This document shows positions 47,601 through 56,946 of a stretch of DNA of 64,000 nt, piece after piece. The stretch lies in NCBI GenBank assembly GCA_964615275.1, contig CAZTMN010000006.1:868-64867 (forward strand), given 5' to 3'. Positions within the stretch are counted from its first letter, which is position 1; every line of letters begins with the position of its first letter. A model generated the notes under the pieces. It ran no database searches. It was given only the letters and a program-made list of their open reading frames with translations, and was not told the origin of the DNA. The stretch comes from an uncultured Beijerinckia sp. (lineage in GTDB: Bacteria > Pseudomonadota > Alphaproteobacteria > Rhizobiales > Beijerinckiaceae). The translations under genes were made by a program, and so were the position numbers.

Positions 47601-49907
47601 AACGGGAAGGACCAGCACCCGTTCGACGGCCCTGCCACCGGGCTCGGCAGCGCGAATGACAAACCGTGCTTCCAGCGGACGGTTGGTTGTCGCCGGCGGC
47701 AATTCCGTTTCGATCACGGTATTGCCTCTTGCATCTGTCTTGGCGTTTGCCTCGACTTCCTTCTTGACGCTCTCGAACTCCTGGTCGGCCAGGCCGGAGC
47801 GGAAACCTGGATGGCCGGGAACAAATCCCTGTCCGGCCAATCGCAAATAGACTTCGCCGGAAACCGAAAGGTTGGAGCCTGCTGCGCCGTACAGGAACCG
47901 CGCATTGGCCTTGACGGTTACGGGCTTGCCGAGGTGAGCGACCTTTCCTTCCGGCGTGAGCGTCAGTTCCAGCCGCTCGGGAACATAGTCTTCAACAAGG
48001 AACTTCGTTTCGCCGATCGCCGGGCTTTTCGGATCGCCGTAGACCAGAGCGCGCCATGTGCCGGTGGGCACGCTCGATAACAACGGCAGCGACAGGCTGC
48101 GCCCGCCAAGACCCTGATCGCCGACGCGAATGCGCTTGTATTCGACGCCATCGGGACGTTTGACGACCATTGTCAGCGGCATGCCGGTGACGGGTTCCCC
48201 TTTGGCGTTTCGCAGCAGCGCGGTCAGATTGACCGTCTCGCCGGACCGGTAAACGCCGCGCTCGGCATAAACGAATGCGTCGAGCGGTTGAGCGGCGGGG
48301 CGGCCCTTCACCCCGCGGTCGGAAAGATCGAATGCGTTCTGCGACAGGTCGAGAAAATTGTAGTCGCCTTCTCCGTTGATAGCGACGAGCAGTCCCGGCG
48401 CATGCCCGCCAGTGCCGCGCGCCAGACCGGGTGCGAATTTCGCATAGCCCTTGGCGTCGGTCTTGACTTTCGCCAAAATCTCGTTGTTGCGGGCCACGAG
48501 ACGCACTTCGACATTGGCCAGCGGCGCTGCGCTGGCGAGCGAGCGCAGCAGCACGTGAACGCCGTCCTTGCCGGAAAACGCCGTCAGGCCGAGGTCGGAT
48601 ACCACGAACCATTGTGTCGCGATCTGATCGACATAATCGTCGTTGTCCACGATCCGTTTCGATATGGGCTTGTCGCCGGGTACGGCGAGCATGGCGTAAA
48701 CGCCCGGTTCCAGTTTCTTGACCGCATCAAGCACCGGGATGGCGGTCGTTACATCCTCGTTCAGTTTTGGTTTTACATCGAGCGAACCGGTCCAGACTTT
48801 CACACCTTCGCTGCCCAGCAGGTCCTTGGCCTTGTAGGTGCCAATCTGCGACAGAAAGTTGGACGAGCGCACGGTTTGCAACAGACCGCGGTCACCGACG
48901 CGGACTATGTCCAGCGCAACCTTGCTGGTGTTGGTTGAAACGAGCGGAATGCCTTCCTGCCCAACGCGCGGAAGAACGTAGTTCTTGCCTGTGAAGCGCA
49001 CTTGCGGCGAGCGGTCGCGTACGAAGATTTCGTAATCTGCGGACTTCAGGAGGTCTTCGCCGATTGCAGACGGCAATCCCTGACGCAACACGATGGAATA
49101 GCGCTTGCCGTGTTTCAGACCTTCGACGCACAGGCGGCTGCCTTCTTTCACGATAGCGCCCGTCGCGCTGCCAGAAATTGCGACATAGGGAGCAAAGTCC
49201 ACCTTGCCGTGGGCGAGGGTCTCGGAAAACCTGAAACAGATCCGCGGGTTCAGGGAATCCTTTTCAACCTTGTAGCCGGTTACCCGGAACCCGTAGCGCA
49301 AACGGAATTTCTCATAGCGTTTGCGCAGCGATGTCTTGTCCGCCAGATCGAGACTGCGCTTGTAATTGTTCAGTGCCCGCCGCCACGAACGTTGATGGCC
49401 ATAGGAGTCACCGAGAATTTCCAGCGCCAGCGCTTCTGCCGCGATCGTCCCGGCCTTGCGATAGGACATGTATGCGGCGGTGGCAGCCTGGTTGAGGTAA
49501 CGCCAGCGGGCGCTGCGGTTTTTCAGCGACGCGAGAATGAGCGCGCGCGAGTATTGATACCAGTAGGCAGCGTTGTCCGGCGATGCCAGAACCGCAGCGC
49601 CAATGACCGGAACAGCCGCCTGGCGATCGCCCCGGCGGATCAGGGCCAGCGCCTGCTGGTACAATTGCTGCGGCGGAATATTCTTGAGATTGGGGGGCGT
49701 CGCTTTTGCCAATCCTCCCAGCAAGCGTACGCCGCTGCTCTCCAGGTTCACATCCTTGTATGTCTTGCCTGACTTGGCGCCCGCGGCATCATTTTTCAGG
49801 CCGGGCTGCGCGAGTACCTCAAAAATCCCGGGCTGGGCGACTGGTGCGGCCAGCGTGATGAGCGAGAGGAGGCACGTCATTGTGAAAATACGGCGAGACA
49901 GACTCAT
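44601..49907 (-). CDS. yfhM: Bacterial alpha-2-macroglobulin
   Basis: ERGVYRSGE, FLVEDYVPER, AVDVGILNL, thioester motif YPYGCTEQ and EDMYRP. Coupled to pbpC. Start MSLSRR has RBS GGAGG. Confidence 0.95.
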   Translation of the reverse strand: MSLSRRIFTMTCLLSLITLAAPVAQPGIFEVLAQPGLKNDAAGAKSGKTYKDVNLESSGVRLLGGLAKATPPNLKNIPPQQLYQQALALIRRGDRQAAVPVIGAAVLASPDNAAYWYQYSRALILASLKNRSARWRYLNQAATAAYMSYRKAGTIAAEALALEILGDSYGHQRSWRRALNNYKRSLDLADKTSLRKRYEKFRLRYGFRVTGYKVEKDSLNPRICFRFSETLAHGKVDFAPYVAISGSATGAIVKEGSRLCVEGLKHGKRYSIVLRQGLPSAIGEDLLKSADYEIFVRDRSPQVRFTGKNYVLPRVGQEGIPLVSTNTSKVALDIVRVGDRGLLQTVRSSNFLSQIGTYKAKDLLGSEGVKVWTGSLDVKPKLNEDVTTAIPVLDAVKKLEPGVYAMLAVPGDKPISKRIVDNDDYVDQIATQWFVVSDLGLTAFSGKDGVHVLLRSLASAAPLANVEVRLVARNNEILAKVKTDAKGYAKFAPGLARGTGGHAPGLLVAINGEGDYNFLDLSQNAFDLSDRGVKGRPAAQPLDAFVYAERGVYRSGETVNLTALLRNAKGEPVTGMPLTMVVKRPDGVEYKRIRVGDQGLGGRSLSLPLLSSVPTGTWRALVYGDPKSPAIGETKFLVEDYVPERLELTLTPEGKVAHLGKPVTVKANARFLYGAAGSNLSVSGEVYLRLAGQGFVPGHPGFRSGLADQEFESVKKEVEANAKTDARGNTVIETELPPATTNRPLEARFVIRAAEPGGRAVERVLVLPVTQGKKLLAIKNTFDSLREGSNATFDLIALDADGKRVAAPKLSWTLYRVSNSYQWYNSGGRWQFERVRSSQKILEGSVDALSGQAAKLSMPVRWGAHRLEIKSDDASFAPVSVNFSAGWSGDVSANTPDLLEISLDNKDYAAGETMKLRINSRFNGRATIVIVSDQVREMRLADVKTGDNEIAIPVTGDWGASAYAIAIAHRPLDSAARRMPGRALGLAAFSVDAGKRKLAIAIQTPDKVRPRQTLTVPLRIDGLAPNEEAYVTVAAVDVGILNLTRFKTPNPTPYFFGQRQLSSAIRDVYGLLIDGMQGTRGAIRSGGDAAPGGPEGNRPTQEPLSRFSGIVKVGEDGTAKINFELPAFNGTARIMAVAWSKNSVGSAEKNLIIRDPVVVQATLPRFLNFGDASRFHIQIDNVDWAPGDYSVDVDVRGPVTIAADALRHRFQLAAKQKTAFSIPVRAAGIGTAEIAMTLNGPNLKAPQRFSLRIAPGTAQLYRRVVRSIAPGQSITVSSDVLADFLPGTAAISLAASPYAGIDVPALLQALDRYPYGCTEQTVSRAMPLLYVSQLATSKQLALDGDTKARVQKAIDRVMARQDSAGRFGLWSAGGSQDLWLDAFVTDFLTRARESGYSVPARGFSQALDWLRNQVANTTDINNSNNRDIAYAVYVLARNGRPVMGDLRYMAETKINSFTTALARAQIGAALALLGDRGRSSRAFEAAGQALSDAKRSKYSRADYGSVLRDSAGFLALAAEAKAGANLISQAAAKLQEERSSLAYTSTQENAWMVLAAASLVNRANDMALTIDGQPHSGSYYRTLKGRALEGRSISIGNSGTAPVQVVLTSSGFPAVRGPAEARGYSVERTYYTMNGKPANLANIRQNDRLVAVLKVTETEAAYGRLLLVDMLPAGLEIDNPNLVDSGSVRSLPWLKSKVSPVHTEYRDDRFVAAFNRNGRQKAFFYAAYIVRAVTPGNYVVPPAVIEDMYRPDRFGRTAYGSIKIAAPR

Positions 49908-50297
49908 TCGATCCTCCAGACCGGGCATTCAGGCACCGCTATTTGCCCCAGCTTGAGGTCCAAATTGGGCGTCAAGCGGGCAGAGAGCCAGATTCATGTG
50001 ACATCCGGCACATCGTCGACAGGATGGCACATATTACGCTCCAAAAGAACCGTTTTTCCTGTTCCTTTTGTGCGATTGCGCACAGACGGATTGCCGATGG
50101 TGTGAACGCTTTTCCCGCACGGCATTGCTTGCGGGCACAGCCGGTCGCATGCAGGCCATTGGTGCGTGGTGGGCTTTCCATTTCATCGTTCTTTTGTGCT
50201 AGCCTTGCGGGGCCGGCCACGCCGTTGTGGTTTATCATCGCCACCGCGGCCGGCGGATCAGCCGGTACCGCCTTGCGCATCGCCAGGGAGTAAAAGA

Positions 50298-51803
50298 GTG
50301 ACACCGAACAGGTTGAGTTGGCGCCGCCAAGGCTTTCGATACGTGTCCATCACGCCGCTTTTGGCAGGTGTTTTGTTTGCGGCAAGTGTGTCCATGATCG
50401 CACATGCGCAAAATTCTCGCCAGAACGCGTCGCCATTTGCGCTGGCACAAAGAGCGTTTGAGCAATTGTCCGAGGCGCAACGCAAGCAAATCCAGGATGG
50501 ATTGGTCTGGAGCGGCGACTACAAGGGCGCCGTAGACGGTGAATTTGGCCCGATGACGATGCGCGCAATTCAGGCCTACGAGGCGCGCGGGGGTGACCGG
50601 CGCGATGGCATATTGGCGCCGCGCGACATCAGCGCGTTATCGAAGGAGGCTAGCCGTCGTAAGGCTGCCGTTGAATTCCGCATACTATCCGAACCGCGCG
50701 CCGGGGTCAGAATTGGCGTGCCTGCCAAGTTCATGCAGCGGCGGAACAACAAGGAAGGTGCGATTTTTCGCGCCGCCGATCGGTCGCTCATATTGCGCAC
50801 GTTTACCGTTCCGGAAAGTCGCCAGACATTGCGTGACCTGTTTGGCGTCCTTACCAAGCCCGTTCGCGGTCGCCGCATCCCCTACAAGGTGCTGCGCGAT
50901 GGTTTTCTCGTCGTCACGGCGCAGTCGCGGGCCCGCTTTTCCTACACACGGGTCGCGCGGGTAACCGGCGCTGACGGTGCGAGCATCTTGCGCGGTTACA
51001 CATTCTCTGTTTCGCAGTCGTTACGCCGGGAACGGGCGCACCAGATCGGGATCCTGACGATCGCCATTTCCAACAGTTTTGATCCCTCGCCTGCGGCGAA
51101 CGGCAAGTCCGGGACAAATGTCAAAACCGCCACGAACAAACCGGAGCGCGAAATCCAGGCGAAACCTGTGCAGAATGCCGAGGTCATGGTGGCAACGGCG
51201 CTTGCGGTTGCCGCTGATACCTACGTCACGATAATTCCGGCAGGCCAGTGCAACTCGGTCCGGATCGGGAAGGCGCCGGCGCGCCTGCTGGCCAGCGACA
51301 AGGCCAGCGGCTTGGCCTTGTTCAGTGCCCCTGTCGGCGGTGGCGTGCCGGGGACCTACCGATTTACGCCGGCTCCTGCTCCTGGACCGGCATATGCGTT
51401 GTTCGCCGAGCTGCCATTCTCTGGCGCCAATCCGCAAATCTCGCTGGCGCGTGGCAGTATGGAGAAGGGACCTGGGCCATTGCCGCGGGTTCGCGTCATC
51501 ACGCCAGCCAGCGCCACGGGCGGCGTTATTCTGACGGGAAATGGCGATCTGGCGGGTTTTGTTGCCCGCGTATCACTCGCAGGCAAGAAGGTCGCCGGGC
51601 CGATGCCTCGGCTCTCGTTGTCTTTGATTTCGCCCTCGAAAATCAGTGCATTCGTGACCGGGGCCGGCCTCAAGGCATCGCCATTTAATGCGCGTCAGGC
51701 AAAAGGCCCCGCACCGAAAGTTAATCCGGACACCGCTAAAAGCGCCGCTGCCGTTTCCTCCGGTTATGTTCAGGCGCTCTCGCCGGTCTGGTGCCGGAAA
51801 TAA
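50298..51803 (+). CDS. Exported peptidoglycan-binding protein with a degenerate trypsin-like C-terminal domain
   Basis: Signal peptide and PG_binding_1-like IQDGLVWSGDYKGAVDGEFGPMTMRAIQAY. The C-terminal segment follows the trypsin pattern but lacks the triad. GTG at 50298 follows AGGGAG. Confidence 0.72.
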   Translation: MTPNRLSWRRQGFRYVSITPLLAGVLFAASVSMIAHAQNSRQNASPFALAQRAFEQLSEAQRKQIQDGLVWSGDYKGAVDGEFGPMTMRAIQAYEARGGDRRDGILAPRDISALSKEASRRKAAVEFRILSEPRAGVRIGVPAKFMQRRNNKEGAIFRAADRSLILRTFTVPESRQTLRDLFGVLTKPVRGRRIPYKVLRDGFLVVTAQSRARFSYTRVARVTGADGASILRGYTFSVSQSLRRERAHQIGILTIAISNSFDPSPAANGKSGTNVKTATNKPEREIQAKPVQNAEVMVATALAVAADTYVTIIPAGQCNSVRIGKAPARLLASDKASGLALFSAPVGGGVPGTYRFTPAPAPGPAYALFAELPFSGANPQISLARGSMEKGPGPLPRVRVITPASATGGVILTGNGDLAGFVARVSLAGKKVAGPMPRLSLSLISPSKISAFVTGAGLKASPFNARQAKGPAPKVNPDTAKSAAAVSSGYVQALSPVWCRK

Positions 51804-51892
51804 CGCCGCTGCGGCCCCAGACTCGTAATATCGCGGAAAAGGCAGATGTGCCGCAATGCTTCGCGCATCCAGGCGACGAACTCGCTGGTGTG

Positions 51893-51908
51893 TCAAAAAA
51901 TTTTTTGA
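51893..51908. promoter_or_regulatory. 16-bp perfect AT-rich palindrome
   Basis: TCAAAAAA|TTTTTTGA in the intergenic region. Confidence 0.45.
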
Positions 51909-51958
51909 ATCAATAAATTACTGGTATTTATGCGGCACGCAGGGCGCCGTCTTTTCAG

Positions 51959-51974
51959 GTTAACGAAGTTTTAA
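51959..51974 (-). promoter_or_regulatory. Full CtrA consensus box TTAA-N7-TTAAC
   Basis: The reverse complement reads TTAA-AACTTCG-TTAAC, about 80 nt upstream of the MprF-like gene. Confidence 0.6.
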
Positions 51975-52052
51975 AGTAATGCCCGTTTCGGGTCTGTTTG
52001 GTCTTGCCGTCAACCGGCGACTTCGTCATAAGCGATTAGCAATGGGTACGGC

Positions 52053-53126
52053 ATGACCATTTTGCATAATGATGCGGCAAATTCGGCATCCGGCAGCGGC
52101 GCAATGAGCCATGTTGGCGAATCCGCCGACCAGGCTGGACGGCCAATTAACCTGTCGGCAGATTCTGCCCGGCGGAGATTCTGGTGGCGTGTTGTCGCGA
52201 CCGGCTTCAGCGCCCTGCTGTTGATTTTAAGCGCCATTATCGTGTCGCGCATCCTGTTAAGGACAGACTATAACGCCCTGCGCCTGGCCATCCAGAACAC
52301 CAGCATGGAGCAATTTGCTGTCGCCTTTGTATTCACGTTGATTTCCTATCTCGCCCTGACCGGGTACGACGCCATCGCGATCCGGCAATTAAAACTGCAG
52401 GTAAAATACCGGACAACCGCCCTGGCCTCCTTCACCAGCTACGCAATTTCCTTCACCCTTGGCTTTGCGCTGGTGACGGCCGGCACCGTGCGCTACTGGA
52501 TATACTCGCAAGTGGGTGTGCGGGCGGGCAGCGTTGCCAGTTTGACGTTGATCGCGGGACTTACCTTTTGGCTCGGAATGATCCTGGTGACCGGCCTAGC
52601 GTTCCTGTTGCGTCCGGAAGCCCTTTCCTGGGTCAATCAGCTTTCGCCAATCGTGAATGTTCTGATCGGGCTGGCTGCCGTCGGCTTCATTCTGGTTTAC
52701 GTGCTCTGGGTATCATTCGGCCGGCGGCGTTTGAGTGTCCGCGGAATGATTCTGGAACTGCCCGGTTTTCGGCTGACCTCCGGCCAGCTCTTGCTCGGCG
52801 CCATTGATCTGATTTTTGCCTCGGCCGTCCTTTTCGTTCTGCTACCGGATGGGCACGGTCTCGATTTCATGACTTTTGTGGCGATTTATGTGTTCGGTTG
52901 TCTGCTTGGCATCGCCAGCAACGCCCCAGGGGGTATCGGTGTGTTCGAGGTGACGATCCTGAACATGGTTCCCTCGCCATCGACGGAGGCCTTGCTGGCC
53001 GCCTTGCTTCTTTTCCGTGTCGTCTACTATTTCGTGCCGTTTGTGCTGGCCTTCGCCCTGCTTGGCGCGCATGAGGTCTTGCGACGCTGGAAGGGCTTGC
53101 GAGCGGAGATGAAGGCGGACACCTAG
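52053..53126 (+). CDS. Lysylphosphatidylglycerol synthase TM-domain (UPF0104/MprF flippase-like) membrane protein
   Basis: SYLALTGYD, GTVRYWIYS, APGGIGVFE and LLLFRVVYY. There is no synthase domain. Confidence 0.85.
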   Translation: MTILHNDAANSASGSGAMSHVGESADQAGRPINLSADSARRRFWWRVVATGFSALLLILSAIIVSRILLRTDYNALRLAIQNTSMEQFAVAFVFTLISYLALTGYDAIAIRQLKLQVKYRTTALASFTSYAISFTLGFALVTAGTVRYWIYSQVGVRAGSVASLTLIAGLTFWLGMILVTGLAFLLRPEALSWVNQLSPIVNVLIGLAAVGFILVYVLWVSFGRRRLSVRGMILELPGFRLTSGQLLLGAIDLIFASAVLFVLLPDGHGLDFMTFVAIYVFGCLLGIASNAPGGIGVFEVTILNMVPSPSTEALLAALLLFRVVYYFVPFVLAFALLGAHEVLRRWKGLRAEMKADT

Positions 53127-53236
53127 ATCTGAATGCGGTCAGACGGGTTCGCTTGAACGCCCAAAGGCGATGGATTCCAGCGAACAAAGCGTCCCTGCCG
53201 ACAAACCATGTTTCGGTAGGCCAGCCGCTCGCCGGA

Positions 53237-54211
53237 TCAACCCCAGGAGATATTGTTTTCCTCTCCGCCGAGGTTCAGGAAGGTCGCGGCCGGCATCACG
53301 ATGCCGTTGTCGATATTGGCCACAAGTCTTGCGTCTCTTCCGCCGTAGGGAAGCATTTTTAAGATATACCGGATCGCTTCGAGACGAAGCCGCCGCTTGT
53401 CGTTGGCTCGCAATACGGTCCAGGGCGCCGCTGCGGTATCGGTATGCCGCAACATGTGCTCGTAGGCTGCGGAGTATTCCTCCCAGTTTTCGATCGCCTT
53501 GAAGTCGAGATCCGAGAGTTTCCAGCGCGCTAGTGGATCGTGCCACCGCGCATGCAATCGTTTCATTTGCATTTCGGGACCGATTGTCAGGAAAAACTTG
53601 ATCAGGAATTTTCCGTCGCGCGCAAGTATGGCTTCAAACCCCGGTGCTTCGGCAATGAACGCGCCTGCCTCTTGTTGCGTACAGAACCCGAATACTTTTT
53701 CGACGCCGGCCCGGTTGTACCAGGAACGGTCAAACAGGGTCATCTCGCCGCGCGGCGGGAAGTGGGCAACATAGCGCTGGAAATACCATTGAGCGCGCTC
53801 CTGTTCGGTCGGCTTACCAAGCGCCACGACTTTGGCCGATCGCGGGTTCAGATGTTCGCGCACGCGTTTGATCGTGCCGCCCTTGCCGGCGGAATCGCGT
53901 CCTTCGAACAATACGACAACGCGTTCGCCGTTTTTCTTGATCCAGTCCAGCGCCTTCAGCAACTCGATTTGCAGCTGCCGTAACTCTTGCTCGTATTCCT
54001 TGCGCTTGAGCCTGCTCTCATATGGATATCCGCCCGATTGCAGTGCGCTGTCGGCGACCCAGTCTGGCAACTGACTGGCGCGAATGTCAAACCCGTCCCC
54101 GGCGCGGCGCCGGGGTTTTGCCCTGGCCTTCTTCGCGGTTTTGGCTGCCGGCTTTCTGGTTGCCGGTTTCCTGGTAACCGGACCATTGTCCTTCGCATTG
54201 CTCTTCGCCAT
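53237..54211 (-). CDS. ppk2: Polyphosphate kinase 2
   Basis: FEGRDSAGKGGTIK, QWYFQRY, FDRSWYNRAGVE and WKLS. Confidence 0.95.
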   Translation of the reverse strand: MAKSNAKDNGPVTRKPATRKPAAKTAKKARAKPRRRAGDGFDIRASQLPDWVADSALQSGGYPYESRLKRKEYEQELRQLQIELLKALDWIKKNGERVVVLFEGRDSAGKGGTIKRVREHLNPRSAKVVALGKPTEQERAQWYFQRYVAHFPPRGEMTLFDRSWYNRAGVEKVFGFCTQQEAGAFIAEAPGFEAILARDGKFLIKFFLTIGPEMQMKRLHARWHDPLARWKLSDLDFKAIENWEEYSAAYEHMLRHTDTAAAPWTVLRANDKRRLRLEAIRYILKMLPYGGRDARLVANIDNGIVMPAATFLNLGGEENNISWG

Positions 54212-54426
54212 GTTCCGCTCCTGCCCGCGGCGCCGAGATTGACACCGCTAGCAGGCAGATAGTCAGGTGCAATGTCAATGCCCGCGCCGGCGCGTATACC
54301 TGCCATGCGCCCGCCCTGGCAAAATCTGTTGCGCACCCCGGCGTGGTGGAAACAGTCTTGGGACTTGCAAGCAACCGCGCCGGCAGGTTCTATGCAGGCA
54401 GCCACAATTCGGACAAAGGGAAGGTG

Positions 54427-55191
54427 ATGCTCAAGAAGCTGAAATTCGATGGGGCCCCGGTGTTGGTGACAGGCGGTGGCCAGGGGATAGGCAAGGCCGC
54501 AGCCGAGGCATTGGCCGAGATGGGCGCTCACGTTCTCATTGCCGAGCTCAAGGAAGAGATACTCGAGGCGGCCGCCGCAGACATCCGTGCCTGTGGCGGG
54601 GCATGCGATACCTACCAGCTGGATGTTTCCTCCGAATTGGCGGTCAATGATCTAGCGGCGGAGATTGAGCGCAAGTTCGGCAAGTTGAAATCCCTGATCA
54701 ACAATGCGGGCAACAATTTTCGCACCCCGTTGCATGAATTGCCGACGGAAAAATGGGAGCAAATCCGTGGCGTCAATCTTGATGGCGTGTTTTACATGTG
54801 TCGCGCATTCATCCCGCTGTTGCTGAAAGCCGACCAGCCATCGATCGTCAACGTGGCATCCAGCTTCGGCGTCATCGGCAACCCGTTGATGCCGGTGTAT
54901 TGCGCTACCAAGGGAGCGGTCGTGAACCTTTCCCGGCAGCTTGCGGTCGATTATGGACCAAAGGGTCTGCGCGTAAACTCCGTGTGTCCGGGCCCGACCC
55001 GCTCGCCACGCGTCCAGGGCTACATTGACAAGGGGCTTACCGATCCCGCCAGACTGCAGGCCCATGTGATGCTCGGACGACTAGCGGATTGCAACGAGAT
55101 TGGTGATGTGATGGCGTTTCTTGCTTCCGATGCCGCGTCGTTTGTAAACGGTTCTACAATCGTCGTAGACGGCGGCCAGACGATCAATTGA
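54427..55191 (+). CDS. SDR family oxidoreductase
   Basis: TGGGQGIG, NNAG, YCATK and RVNSVCPG. Confidence 0.92.
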   Translation: MLKKLKFDGAPVLVTGGGQGIGKAAAEALAEMGAHVLIAELKEEILEAAAADIRACGGACDTYQLDVSSELAVNDLAAEIERKFGKLKSLINNAGNNFRTPLHELPTEKWEQIRGVNLDGVFYMCRAFIPLLLKADQPSIVNVASSFGVIGNPLMPVYCATKGAVVNLSRQLAVDYGPKGLRVNSVCPGPTRSPRVQGYIDKGLTDPARLQAHVMLGRLADCNEIGDVMAFLASDAASFVNGSTIVVDGGQTIN

Positions 55192-55214
55192 CATCGATTG
55201 GATGAGGGAAGGAA

Positions 55215-56384
55215 TTGTCCATGTTGCTCGAGGGTATCCGGGTTGTCGACCTCGGTTCGTTCATCACCGCCCCGCTTGCCGCGCAATTGCTCGGCGATCT
55301 TGGCGCTGATGTTATCAAGATCGAACGTCCCCAGGGTGATCCCTTCCGGCGCAGCGACGGGAGCCTGTATAGCGCTACCTTCCTCGCCTACAATCGCAAC
55401 AAACGGTCGATTACCCTGGACACCACAACGGCCGCCGGACGCGAGGCGCAGCTCAAAATAATCGCGGGCTCCGACGTGATTATCGACAATTACCGCACGC
55501 CGGTTTTGAAAAAGCTCGGGCTTGATCCCGACGACCTGCGCAAGCGCAATCCGCGGCTGGTGCATTGTTCGATAACCGGTTTCGGCTCCAAGGGGCCTTA
55601 CCAGGCGCGCGCCGCTTTCGATACGGTGGGGCAAGCGCTGAGCGGGCTTGCCGGCATGATGGTTGACCCGGACAAGCCCGAGGCCTTCGGTCCGACCATT
55701 TCCGATAATGTTACCGGCATGTACGCGGCCTATGGCATCATGGGTGCGCTGATCGAGCGCCAGCGCACTGGCAAGGGCCGGCGCATCGAAGTCAACATGC
55801 TCGAAAGCTCCATGGCTTTCATGCCCGATATTTTCACGAACTTTACCCGCGAGGGTCATGCCGGCGGTCGTCGCAGCCGGGTCATGCGATCCCAGAGTTT
55901 TGTCTTCGCCTGTTCGGACGGAAAGATGCTCGCGTTTCACTTGTCGACCGGCGAAAAATTCTGGGGCGAACTGGTCCGGGCGATCGACATGGAACATCTC
56001 AACGACGATGACCGGTTTTGCAAGCATGTATTGCGGGTGAAAAATTACCCGGCGCTTGAGGAAATTTTGAAGAAACGGTTTCTGGAACGAACGCAGGGCG
56101 AATGGGTCGAGCGCTTGTCGCAATTCGACGTCACTTTTGCGCCGGTCAACACGATTGCTGAAGCTGTTTCGGACGAGCAGGTTCGCGCACTCGGTACAAT
56201 GGCTGCGGCCGTCCACCCGCGCGAGGGTGAAGTTGTATCCGTGGAAACACCGCTGTTCTTTGACGGCGGACGGGCGCTGGAAACCAACAAGGCGCCGCCG
56301 GTTTTGGGCGAACATTCAAGGGAAATTTGCGCCGAGTTCGGCATTGACCCCGAAACTATCCAGGCGGAAATTCAAGGCAAGTGA
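55215..56384 (+). CDS. CaiB/BaiF family III CoA-transferase
   Basis: LGDLGADVIKIE, NRNKRSITLD, CSITGFG, catalytic Asp in SDNVTG, and PVLGEHS. Confidence 0.92.
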   Translation: MSMLLEGIRVVDLGSFITAPLAAQLLGDLGADVIKIERPQGDPFRRSDGSLYSATFLAYNRNKRSITLDTTTAAGREAQLKIIAGSDVIIDNYRTPVLKKLGLDPDDLRKRNPRLVHCSITGFGSKGPYQARAAFDTVGQALSGLAGMMVDPDKPEAFGPTISDNVTGMYAAYGIMGALIERQRTGKGRRIEVNMLESSMAFMPDIFTNFTREGHAGGRRSRVMRSQSFVFACSDGKMLAFHLSTGEKFWGELVRAIDMEHLNDDDRFCKHVLRVKNYPALEEILKKRFLERTQGEWVERLSQFDVTFAPVNTIAEAVSDEQVRALGTMAAAVHPREGEVVSVETPLFFDGGRALETNKAPPVLGEHSREICAEFGIDPETIQAEIQGK

Positions 56385-56418
56385 ACCAGTAACAGACACA
56401 GCTGCGAGGGAGGTAGAA

Positions 56419-56943
56419 ATGAACGATGGAGGCTGGAGCCCGTCTCCCATTCGCCGGGTCATTACCGGGCACGACAGGAACAATGTCGCCAAAGTACTGA
56501 TCGATGGCCCATCCGCTTACGTCCGCAGCCGCACAGCGGGAACCGCTTCGTCGCTGGTCTGGTGCACCGAGGGCACGCCGTCGGATATTTCCATTGGCGA
56601 AGATATCGAAGACATGGGCGCACGCCAGCTCGGCACCTATCCGCCGGCCGGTGGCGCGCGCTTCATCGTCATGGAGTTCGAGCCCGGCTTGCCGGGAACC
56701 ATGCATCGTACCGAAACTATCGATTACATTACCTGTATCGAGGGTGAGATCGACATGGACATGGATGATGGCGCGACGGTCACCTTGCGCCAGGGTGATA
56801 CGATGGTGCAGCGTGGCACCAATCATTCCTGGGTCAACCGCAGCAAGGCGAAGGCAAAAATCTCCATCGTGCTGGTCGACGCCAAGCCGCTCGGCATAGG
56901 TCACGCCGTTGCGCGCGGCGGGGTGGTGGAAGATGCCAAGTAA
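56419..56943 (+). CDS. Cupin domain protein
   Basis: RRVITGHD, MHRTETIDY and GDTMVQRGTNHSWVN. RBS GGAGG. Confidence 0.87.
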   Translation: MNDGGWSPSPIRRVITGHDRNNVAKVLIDGPSAYVRSRTAGTASSLVWCTEGTPSDISIGEDIEDMGARQLGTYPPAGGARFIVMEFEPGLPGTMHRTETIDYITCIEGEIDMDMDDGATVTLRQGDTMVQRGTNHSWVNRSKAKAKISIVLVDAKPLGIGHAVARGGVVEDAK

Positions 56944-56946
56944 CGC

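Noticed and set aside
42505-49907. A2M-pbpC pair as novel
   Set aside because: A well-known conserved pairing with standard motifs.
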